From: Perna viridis
Lineage: Eukaryota
NCBI GenBank assembly: GCA_037379345.1
Contig: CM074519.1
Span: 41,770,851 to 41,834,850 of the forward strand
DNA: 64,000 bases
Direction of reading: 5' to 3'
The position numbers were made by a program, and so were the translations under genes. The notes beneath the pieces are model-generated. The model ran no database searches and was not told where the DNA came from. It saw only the letters and a program-made list of their open reading frames with translations. Below, in pieces: positions 1 through 12,700 of the stretch (positions are counted from its first letter, which is position 1; each line of letters opens with the position of its first letter).

Positions 1-797
1 AAAAAAACAGTTGAAGACCACATAGTCATTCAGATGTTTGAGATAAAAAACATATACTGTTCGAATCAATTTTTGTGGTTAGAGTGAACTAGAGGCTCTA
101 AAGAGCCTGAATCTATCTTTTTGCAAATGGAAATATGAGGCACCAATGCTAGTTGAATGGGAAACATAAGTGGAAAACTCAAGTGAATGGAAAGCTACTT
201 TTGCAACAACATCAATGGAAAGAAGAGAAAAGCTGAGAAAACCATACTTCACTCTAAGGATTTATTTTTGGCTACCAAAGACATCACATATCTCTGATAG
301 CCCCAGGAATTTATGAGGCTATTAAACAACTAACTTTCATTTTTATAATAAAGCAACTAACAGTGACATAATGTCAACAGCTTAATATTGCTTCTTCCAA
401 TTATCAATTGAATGATATGGAGATGATACTATCTGATTAAACATTCATCCATGGAAATTTTTTTCATTGGAAACTGAATTTTGTTGTTCATTACTAACCA
501 CAAAAACTATGAAAATTAGTAATGAGCAAAGAAAAATTAATCAACAGTCAATTATATATGAAATAAGCAACTAAGCAAGATTTATCAGTCTGGATTTGGT
601 TGACCCAAGATGGAGATGAATGTATAGTTTCTCCAAAATCCAGATAAAAAAATACATGTAGCTTTAATTTCATAAATATGGTGTATGAAGATCAAAAAAC
701 ATATTTTGTTTGGTATTTTTTTCTGCACCTTGTATCACCTTAACCATTAGCAGTGGATGAATTTTTTAAGGATTTGTACTTAATTCAATATTATTAC

Positions 798-3700
798 CTG
801 GCATCTCTGTGAGCTCTCTGGAGGTATGTCTTTCAACTTCTTTCCAGTGTCAAAATCCCAAACCTATAATATCAGGATAAACACAAATTAAAAGAATTAC
901 AAAACATCAACATTCCTGGCTATTTAGTTCTTACAATGAAGGAAGTAGTCATGTTACATCAGGAATTAATAGAACTAAACAGCCTTAATATTCCTTGACA
1001 TTTAGTTTTTACAATGAAGGGAGAAGTCCTGTACAATCATGAATTAATAGAACTACACAACCTTAACATTCCTGGTCGTTTCGTTTTTACAGTATGGGGA
1101 GAAGTCATGTACAATCATGAATTAATAGAATTACACAACCTTAACATTCCTGATCAATATGAAGAATTGTTTATAGGAGAAATCTGTTTATAAGTTATAT
1201 GAAAACTGTAATACATTGTACTTGAAATTTGTTTCCATTGCTGTGAAGAGTTCAATTTTAGTCAAGTTTGAAATGATATTATTCCTGAAATGCTTTTTTC
1301 CAATAGATAAATTTTCTGATATAAGTCCATGACCAAACTTCACAAAAATAATACCCATGAATATCATGACCTCCAGAGCATTATATCTAGATCAGAAACC
1401 TAAGTTATACATCACCTCTAGAGGATTTTTCCTTCTCCATGACCCAGTAAGCAACATCCTCTTGTTGACTGGATCAATTTCTAAAGCATCTCCACAAATA
1501 TGGGGGCCACTAATTGACCTTCAAATTGAATCAGTTGAAGATAATTTACTAAAGTTTTAAAAGTATTAATCAATGATAGTGTTAGAAAATTTAAAGCATT
1601 TTAACAACTCTGTATATTTCAACAAACTGGTTGAGTATTAAACATCAAAGCCCTTTTTTTTACATTATTTGGTACAATGATAATAGTGAAGTTGTATCAG
1701 ACCTGTTTATGATACTCTCTGACAATCCATCTTTTTTTTTTACCATATTTTACAAAAATGATTAGTAGAATTATAGATTTTGTGATTTTCAACAAAAGCA
1801 GAGGACACTTACCCTACCGGTGCACCTGGTCCATGCTCCCAGTTTTTAGTGGATTCCGAGTTGCTCATTTACTTTTGTTACTTTGTATGTATGATTTTCA
1901 TTACTTTATGTTCTTTGTTGTGTATGTCTGTTTTCCATGTCTGGTCTTTGTCTCTGGATTACATTCTTTTGATTGCCGCTATGACCTTGGTTCCCTTGAT
2001 TACTCTTTCAACATAGATACCACAGAGAGATTTACAATCCTTTGGAAAGTTTGCAGTCAAAAATTGATAGGAACTGCAGATAATCTATAAAAGTATATAC
2101 CTGACAGAATGTTATTATGAGATATAAGGGACTATTTTATATCTGTATATATTATACTTTATACAAAATTCTACGTTTTTCATTAGTTTACAAAGGTGAA
2201 TTATTCTGGTAAATAACCACTCCATTGTAAATACTGCCCTCCCATCAATCATGAACAACATTCTTCCTTCAAAAATACAATCAGCACCAAAAGGAAATCT
2301 CATCCTTTCCTTTCCTTTCTCCACATTTTTATACATCCACCAAAACACACAAAAAATTTCAAAATGGGTTTTGCAAGTGTAAGAAGGAAATATCAGAAAT
2401 TTTTTTGGCAAATAATGATGCAAATGGAACACAACAAATTTTGCAAAGAAAAATGTAAAAAGACAACTGCTTATCTTTATATAGCTGACAGAATGCTATC
2501 ATTAGGTACAAGAAACAATTGTTTATATGTATATAGCTGATAGAATGTTATCATAAGGAATAAGAGACAACTGTACATCTGTAAATACCTGATAGAATGC
2601 TTCTGTCTGTCATCCCAGTACTGTCAGCATAAAACAAACAATCATCATTATTATGATATCACAATGGAACATAACATAAAAGTATATAGCTGTGTTTTAA
2701 CTAAGTTTACTACTCCTATTACAGGTATTATTCTCTTTTTTACTTACATGAACTGTATCATCCCACAAACTGAAGATCTTTACTAACATAAGTTTAAACA
2801 TTCAAAACACACTTTTTTGACTTACTTGAACTAATTGATTGATTGATTGTTCGGGTTTAATGCCCGAGGAGCAATATTTCAGCTATTTTCAGGCAATGAA
2901 TATGAAATGGATGATAAGAATGAACATGAAATGATGATGAAATGAAAAATGGGATGGGACACAAGGATAATGGGGTGGACAAATTTTGATTGCCACTAGA
3001 AATAGGGAATGGTGGGTAGGGTCGGGTAATCTAGCCTCCTGTGGCGGAGCCCTATGGTTCCTACTCCTGGAGAATACCACAGACCGGTTCTTTAACATGC
3101 GAGGAATGTGGCATTTTCCCCAACACATTGCACCACTATGGTTTGAGGTCAAGTTTTCCGTATTTTAGCCTGACAACTCCAGCATCTAACACACCAGGGG
3201 TACCTTGTTCCACCATCTGGGGCACACAACCCAGTTCCTTTGTGGGCAGAGCACCCTAGCCCCTGGCCAGGGTTCTGAGCTCATCTCACAAACTGAAGAT
3301 CTTTACTAATGTAAGTTTAAACATTCCATACACATTTTTTTACTTACATGAACTGTATCATCCCATCCACCAGAAATAAACAAATGGTTTTCATCTGGGT
3401 GATACTGAGCAGCAAATACTCTGAAACAGTGCCCATCCAACTTCTGATTTTTCTCTCTAAGTAAAATAGGAGGTCACGGGTTACAATTAGGATATTGAAA
3501 TTGTTGTTTATTTTCACTCTAAGTAGAGGCTACTCTTGAGTCCATATTTTTTAAATAAAAAAATTCCTGCATTTTAGAACATTTACAGGTACAAGATATA
3601 AGAACAGTACACCATTGTCCCAACCTCATGAATAAGTTTTAATACAAATAAATATTTCCAAGTTAAATCTTAAACACATCTTGCAGATGAATTTATCAAA

Positions 3701-6700
3701 TATATCAAATGCACAAATAAATATATATATACGATATAGGAGTGACAGTTACATATACGATACAGGAGTGAGAGTTACATATACGATACAGGAGTGAGAG
3801 TTACAAATATGATATAGGAGTGAGAGTTACATATACAATATAGGAGTAAGAGTTACATATACGATACAGGAGTGAGAGTTACATATACGATATAGGCAGG
3901 TGCATAGCTGAGGCCAAATTGAAGTGTAGGCAAAATTATGGCAGGAGGTCTGGGCAGAGCCCTGGTAGGGGGTCCAGGGGGGCAAAGCCCCCCCCCCCGA
4001 AGCTCTGTGGAGATAGCGTTTTAGAGCATCATTTATGCCTCTCCTGGATGTATTTTATCTAAAAAAAAAAAAAAATTTAAAAAAATTGGCAAAATTAAGT
4101 GCAGCTACACGCCTGATAGGAGAAAGAGTTACATATATGATATAGGAGAGAGAGTTACATATATCTCTTTATAATATATGACACAGAAAATCTATGTGAT
4201 AAACCCCTCTGATAACACCTCTACTAATTGCTTTCATCCCGCAATAATTAGTTGATCTGCTTTTGGAGAGATACATGCAATCAATTAACTTTTTCATTAT
4301 TCTTTAATATAAAGAGAGAATTTTCAAAATTCAAAGGGAGGTTACTTTGCATATCATGTAATAGTATGATTGAGAGGTCACCAAAACATGTTCTATTACA
4401 AATCCATTAAAAATGATGTGCACATACAATGTGAAGAGGCAGCAAATTTGTCCTTGTATTATTTTGCAGTACTAAGGAGGTAAACACTACATAATAATCT
4501 CACCATAATTAAATGTCATTGTAAATTAATACTCTGGAATCTATACTAAAAAGTCAACAGTCAATATTTTATAAGAGATCGACACAATTAATATCAAAAT
4601 AAGAATTCCAAAATTTTTCACCTATCACCACTTGTGTAAATATCTAAATTGACAAAGTGAAAATCAAACACTTGATTCCTTATGGCAAAAAGTGCAATTT
4701 ATAATAATCAATTTGACCTGTGACCTCAACCAATCAAAACCACCCTGATATCTCTTTTTTTCTTATCAAAATACTTGCATTGGGGAGAACGACAAGGATG
4801 TAACACTGAAACAGAAGTTAAATCAAATATAAAGAGAATAGAATCAACATGAAGTATAAAGGTTTAAACATAGAAGTTATGTATTACCTGTTTATCCATC
4901 AAACTTCTGCTTTTTATCTGTAAAACATGACAAATACTAATAAAAAAATTTAATAAATGCATCTTAGACAAGTCAAAATTAAAACCCATTCCCCTATTCA
5001 AAAACATTCACCCTTTCATCTCCAAACTGATTTGGCTCAAAATCTTAAATAGTAGGTACAAAATGGGAACTGTAATAAAGATTATGTGAAAGTTTCACTA
5101 AATTTCCTTTAGTGGTGTCAATAAGGAGGAGTAATGGCTAAGAGATGGGTAAATCTCTGTAATGGAAGGAAGGAAGGTCAATAAGGAGGAGTAATGGATA
5201 AGAGATGGGTATCCCTCTGTGTAATGGAAGGAAGGAGGGACGGTCAATAAGAAGGAGTAATGGATAAGAGATACGTACCCCGCTGTGTAACTGAAGGAAG
5301 GAAGGTCAATACGGAGGAGTAATGGATAAGAGATGGGTACCTCCTTGTGTCACAGAAGGAAGGAAGGAAGTTCAATAAGAAGGAGTAATGGATAAGAGAT
5401 GGGTACTCCTCTGTGTAACAGAAGGAAGGAAGGAAGATCAAAAGGGAGGATTAATGGATAAGAGATGGGTACCCCTCTGTGTAATGGAAGAAAGGAAGGA
5501 AGGTCAGTAAGAAAGAATAATGGATACGAGTTGGGTACCATTCTGTGTAATGGAAGGAAGGAAGGAAGGAAGGAAGGAAGGTCAATAAGGGGAGTAATGA
5601 ATAAGAGATGGGTACTCCTCTGTGTAACAGAAGGAAGGAAGGATGGTCAATAAGAAGAAGTAATTGATAAGAGATAGGTACCCCTCAGTGTAATGGAGGG
5701 AAGGAAGGAAGGTCAATAAGAAAGAATAATGGATACGAGTTGGGTACCATTCTGTGTAATGGAAGGAAGGAAGGAAGAAAGGAAGGTCAATAAGGGGAGT
5801 AATGAATAAGAGATGGGTACTCCTCTGTGTAACAGAAGGAAGGAAGGATGGTCAATAAGAAGAAGTAATTGATAAGAGATAGGTACCCTTCTGTATAATG
5901 GAAGGAAGGTCAATAAGGAGGAGTAATGGAAAAGAGATGGGTACCCCTCAGTGTAATGGAGGGAAGGAAGGAAGGTCAATAAGGAGGAGTAATGGATAAG
6001 AGATGGGTACTCCTGTGCGTCTAACGGGAGGAAGGAAAGACAGTCAACAAGGAGGAGTAATGGATAAGAGATGGGTACCCCTCTGTGTAATGGAAAAGGA
6101 AGGAAGGAAGGTCAATAAGAAAGAATAATGGATAAGAGATGGGTACCATTCTGGGTAATGGAAGGAAGGAAGGAATGTCAATAAGGAGGAGTAATGGATA
6201 AGAGATGGGTACCCCTCTGTGTAATGGAAGGAAGGAAGGAAGGAAGGAAGGAAGGTCAATCAGGAGAAGTAATGGATATGAGTTGGGTACCCCTTTGTGT
6301 AATAGAAGGAAGGAAGAAAGGAAGGAAGGAAGGTCAATAAGGAGGAGTAATGAATAAGAGATGGGTACCCCTCTGTGTATCAGAAGGAAGGAAGGATGAT
6401 CAATAAGAAGGAGTAATGGAAAAGAGATAGGTATCCCTCTGTATAATGGAAGGATAATCAATAAGAAGTAGTAATGGAAAAGAGATGGGTATCCCTCTGT
6501 ATAATGGAAGGAAGGTCAATAAGGAGGAGTAATGGATAAGAGATGGGTACCCCTCAGTGTAATGGAGGGAAGGAAGGAAGGTCAATAAGGAGGAGTAATG
6601 GATAAGAGATGGGTACTCCTGTGCGTCTAACGGGAGGAAGGAAAGACAGTCAATAAGGAGGAGTAATGGATAAGAGATGGGTACCCCTCTGTGTAATGGA

Positions 6701-9700
6701 AAAGGAAGGAAGGAAGGTCAATAAGAAAGAATAATGGATAAGAGATGGGTACCATTCTGGGTAATGGAAGGAAGGAAGGAATGTCAATAAGGAGGAGTAA
6801 TGGATAAGCGATATCACAATTTGAAAGTATAAAAAAACCTATGTCTTCCCCTTGCAAATTTTAAGATTTTGCAGACCCCAAAAAACTGATATGCAACAGC
6901 ACTTTATAAACCACCCCCAAAATTTTCAGTGTATATAGATCTACTACTCTGTAATGTAGAATTATAACACAAAAAAAACAAAAACAAAAGGAGCTTCCCT
7001 TCTCATATCTTGACCTACTCTTAGAGATTGATGGTAAAGGAAAACTACTGACCAAACTATACAACAAACGCGATGACTTTCCATTCCATATTGTCAACTT
7101 TCCTTTCGTCTGTGGCAACATCCCTAAAGCATCTGTGTATGGAGATTTCATAACACAGCTCATACTTTATGCCAGAGATTGCTGCAGACTTTTTATATCA
7201 TGCTAGACTTGTTGATCATGTTTGTCTGGCAAGCCAGATTAGTACCATAGAGGGATCAAATTAGTCTGGCAAGCCAGAATAGTACTGTAGATTGACATGT
7301 TTATCCAGCAAGCAAGAATAGTACCCAAGATTAATCACATTTTTCTGGCACGCCAGATTAGTACCGTAGATTGATCATACTCCTACCATGTTCTTATCTG
7401 ATTCCTCTATCACTGAATCTACAATAGTTACATGTAATGAATATATACCAGCAATACATCGATTTATCAACAAACTTTATTAAAAATAAGTAACTTCATG
7501 AATTACCTTGCTTCAAGAGAATTAATTTTCTTTCTTGTGTCTCTATCATATACATAAATTTCTGGTGTATCTCCCATAGTAACGAACCTACGGCCATCTG
7601 GACTGTATGCTATATTTAGTAACTGTCGATCTTCTGTCATCGTCTGTAGACAATTTCCATCTTTATAATGCCATAGTTTTATATGACCAGATGCATCTGC
7701 AATAAAGAATTTCTAGCTTAGAAAATCAGTTTAGTATTAATCTAAAAAGCTGTCATTTAAAAAAAAATGTAATCAGCCTATCAAGAAACAGTTCTTGAGA
7801 GTTTTCTGACATCTTTTTAGATTTAATTCATCAATAATAACATTAAATTACATTGTACTTACAAAAAATATTTACACAAGAGACGAACAAACCATCTCAA
7901 ATCTTATCAGTTTTTCTAAAAAGAAATGCTAAACTGTCTCCCTCTTTTTAACCATCCAGGTAAATGCACATGAATTTTTTGCCTTTTCAATGAAAGACCA
8001 GGCATGACCAGTTTAAGTAAATTTTCTGGTAATATTCATGTTTTTGCAATAAACATAAAATTTTAGAAAGTGCTTTATAGGTAAGAATTTTCAAAAATTT
8101 GGATGTTCACAATATACATCATAAAATCTCAATATCAAAAAATGTTGCCTTAATATTTGCTAAAACCTTTCTAAACATAAATTAGCTACAATGTACATTT
8201 GTAGGTGTAAGTACCTTTAGACCTTCAAAAAATACTTACAGAAAAAATACATTATCAAGAAAAAAAATTGTCAAAATTACATATTCAGCTGATCTGGGAC
8301 AAAATTATATAGGTATGATATTTTGAAGTAAATTTAATTTTGCACTCTTTCAATGTATTTAAATAATTTGAGATAGTTTGGACCACTTTTACGAAAAAAT
8401 ATATTTTGCCATGCATTTAGATTTAAGGTATAACAGTCACTTTCCATGAGCTCCATTGCTAATAATGGAGCTTCTATCATATGTTTAGCCTTAAAAAGAC
8501 TTAAATATCACATACATACAAATGCTGCTTTTATAAACTAAAAGCTGTGATAATAGGAGGATTCCTAACATGCACAGCGACACAGGCTCCTAGAAGTCAA
8601 GAGCTTAAAATAGAATGGGAATTTCCCTACATTTCACAGTGTAAAAATATGATATTTTTGAGAGAAATACCAGTAGATTTTTCATCAAATCAGAAAGCAT
8701 GTCACATCTGAAATTAAATTATTTCACAATAAGCCTCATTATTTTGATGAATTTGCTTTCATCATGAGTTTTAGCCTTTATCCAGTGGTGGATCTAGAGA
8801 ATAACCTAAAGGGGCCAACAGGGGAACCACAAAAAAATCCTTGATAAACACATTTACACACAAAAATACGCTTTTTTCATAAAGTTTGCAAATTGATAAG
8901 GGGACATGACATATAACCTTTACAACTTGTACACAGTCTTCACGTTTAATTTTTGGAACACAGACACAAGCCGAACTTTAAATTTATGAAGTTTTTCTTT
9001 AATTATAATTGGTTTGTAACTCCACAATTTGGAGAAATTTCACAAGCCCAAAACAAGGTTTACTGACCAGGGCAATTTTGAAGACTGTGAACATGATGCT
9101 ATCAGTCTACATCCTTCCCTGTTCCCTCAATTACCTACATGTATAACCTTTGAACCTTAGCACCTCTTTACATGAATTCATCAGTCTATCCCACCCTGGA
9201 ATAACCTTTAACCCTACTTACATGATGCTATCGCTCTTTCCTTCCCCTGAATAGTTGACCTTTTTCTTCTTAACCTTTAACCCTTCTTAGATGATGCTAT
9301 CACTCTTTCCTTCCCCCTAACTGGCTGACCTTTTAACCTTGACTCCTACTTACATGATGCTATCAGTGTATCTTCTTCCCCTCTTCCTGGATACCTAATT
9401 TGTGTGACTGGTAGATGGTGACTAGTAGTATCCTCATCCTCTAGATAATGGACTATCTGGGGGTCATGACATTTAATCATCTGGAGAAACACAAATATGA
9501 CTATCAGAACTGTTTTTTTTTGCAGCTTTGAAACTATGGTAGTACATTGATCTTGTTTATTGCAAATACATCTCTTGATTATATGATAACCATTTCATAC
9601 AGTATAAAGTATGCTTTAAAATGGTTAGGAAATACCCTTGTCTATGTCTAGGGAAAAAATCAAACAATACAGATGTATCCATACAAGTATCCTTAGTGCA

Positions 9701-12700
9701 GGGGTATTTTCTCTATTTTAGAAATATATCTCTTCCATACTCAGTACTTAACCACACCATTTTATGCAAATTAATTATGACAGCAATATCCTAAATACCT
9801 AAAGGTCCAAAACCTTGAATTGCTCAAAATTGTTTTGTCTGAAATGACACACTCAATTAAGAAGTGAATGTTTGAACTTTTAACTCAGGCACAAAGATGG
9901 CGTTCTAGAAAGTCTCACATATACATAACCCTTGGTTGAGACATCTCCCTTATAATAATTACTAATATGTCAGTGCAAATAGATTTGTCCCTCCTAGAAA
10001 GAGTCTAAATCATATTTCAGTACAGAAAGAAGAGGTTTGCAGATTTTTTTTGGAGTTTGCACATGCCTGTCAAATTACTAATAAACTATGGCCAGAATAG
10101 ACTTCAAGACAGACACACAAGATGATATCAATGATACACATGCAGTGCTCGCCTTTAGCCACTAGCTCAAAGCCCGGGGCTAGTAAAATTTAATTCGGGC
10201 TAGTGAAATGAAATGTACATTTCTTGTTTCTGTCTAATTGAATCCAATACAATCCTCTAGTATTTGGGCTAGTTGTTGAGAATTTTGAAGGAAAGGACTG
10301 CACATGTACCTGAAAATGTTTTGGCTAGATGTGCAACAACATTTCTCTAATTACTTTTTTTATATTTACACAGCAATCAAGTATCCCTTACTACATATAC
10401 ACATGCTACCACAAGGAAAACGGAACATTATTTAAGGTAACAAACCCACCAAGCCTGAGGCCAAATAGTCTTTAGAAACAAGTTTTTAACATAACAGAGA
10501 ATAATTACATGTAGTAAATCAAAATCATCTACATGTAACTGTAAAGCAAAACTAAAGAAGTCATAAATACCCAACACCTGACACTAATAAAAAGAGACTA
10601 CTAAATATTTAATGAAAAAAAAACTCACCTTGAGAATACTTCCTCCCCCACCCTCCGCAAAAAAAAATGAAAATAACCTAGGACTACTTCGACACTCTGG
10701 TAGTGGAATTTTATCTTTAGACAAACACTTACCATTATAGAACCATTAACAAGACCAACAGCCAACATAGAAGCATCAGGTGTGTATTTACAGCATATAA
10801 CATCACCAGGACAATCACTAAAATAACATTATAAATCATGTTTCATCAAGTAGTACAAAAAAGGTAAGCTTGGAGGCACGTGACAATTAGTTTTAGTGTG
10901 TTGGTGGCTCTGGGAAAGCATGCCAACTCGAGTGTAGGAGGTTGTGAGTTTGGTCCTCAGCCGAGTCACTCACACCAAAGACAAGTAAATGGGTAGTCAC
11001 TGCTTTTCCCTAAAACACATGGTGTTTATGGGATAGAGTAACACCTGGTTGGCTCAGAGTCAGCATAATATGTCTGAATGGGTTGACATGCCTACTTGCA
11101 GGCTTGTCAAACTCATCCTAAAATGCATGAAACATCTGTCATATGACTTCAAACAATAATCAATCAATCAGTAATTCAAGCCTCCCTCATATCATGGTTC
11201 TCAAACATAATTGGCCATTACCATTGGAAAAAAATGAAAAAAATATTGGGTCAATAAACATTGTACCAAAAATGATCAAAGTTAGTATCCTACCTGTGAA
11301 CCTTGTCCATGTTTCCAGTTTTTAGTGGAGTTCAGGTTGCTTATTTTTACCTGTTATTTTGCTTAATTCATGATGTTTTTTTTCTCTGTTTAGTCTATTC
11401 TTGGTAAACAATGTGTATTCTTTTCATTAATCCTCAAATCTTGATTCCCTTGATTACTCTTTGTCAAATCTTCTTAATGAAAATTATGTAAGGATGTGGA
11501 TAGACTAAACAGCGATATATATACATGTACAATACATGTACATGCCATATTACATAATTATTTGTATGTCCATCTGATAAGTAGCAAAAAATTAGCATAA
11601 ACAAAAATCTGTACACTGAGGTTTTTTTATTAAATAGTACATGTAATTTATATAGGAGTACCAACAATTCATGAAAGCTAAGACAATTAAATGGCTGCAA
11701 TATTCAAATTCATCTCTGTAAGTTTAACATTGATTTTGTCACCCAGCTTTTGCATGTACAATGAATGACTGGCGGACTAACAAAGCATTACATAATTCCT
11801 CATGTTTAGGTAATTGATAGTTTTTATCTTAAATGGTCAAAATCAGGAACATGTATACATTGTGCTACCTAGGGATAAGTGCACTTTCATTTGTCAATCC
11901 CTTTTATATCACATTTCAACATATAGAATTTATTATCTCAAATCTTTTATACAGAATGCTTCATTAGTAAAGCACTGGTTCATTTTTATTGTTTATTGCA
12001 TTGTTTCCTTAACAAAGGTAAAGAAAGAAATTAATGAACTTTTAAATACAAAACTGAGCTTTCATGTTCTAAGTTGGATCCTGTGAAATCAATCTTTAAA
12101 TACTAGGTTACTAAGTCAGCATGCCTGCTTAAACACTTTTTAAATCTCTTATAGTCTGTGACTGTCCAAAATATGTGTTTAATATAAAAAAAAGTGTGAA
12201 GTCAGGGTCATTACAAAAAAAAATGCACCAGGATTTTTATTTTTGTGCTTATCTCAATTCATAATGTTGCACTATTGGTAATATTCTAAGTCAAAAGTCA
12301 TGAGACTATAAAACACACACACACCTACATGTATCTATATGTTTGACTGTATATAACAGTATTATTACATGTACACTACCATCAACCAAAATTTTAATTT
12401 CTCCATTCTTCACAGTGGAGTCACTCATCATCATTCCTCCTCCACTATGACTCAACCGAGATAAAAACCAGGATAAAATTGCTCTATTTCAATAGTTTTC
12501 AAAATTTTTGGGGTCCATTACTGAAATGTTATTAAACTGCTAAAGACATTAAATACATTTGTATACCTTGGTATAAAGACAGGAGAAGTTGGTGACAGTC
12601 TGTGGAGTGGAGACTCTGTGTCTCCACTTAAAATATCTCCACAGTGGAGAGTAAAAAATTAAAATTTGTGTTGACAGCAGTGATATACATGTACACAAAA

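Noticed and set aside
241-310. Possible exon 9 of WD-A
   Set aside because: The translation does not resemble WD-B exon 9 (LYCCQWLG...), so the remaining exons must lie outside the window.
5244-6857. Cluster of 60-146-aa ORFs
   Set aside because: All are translations of the GGAA minisatellite inside an intron.
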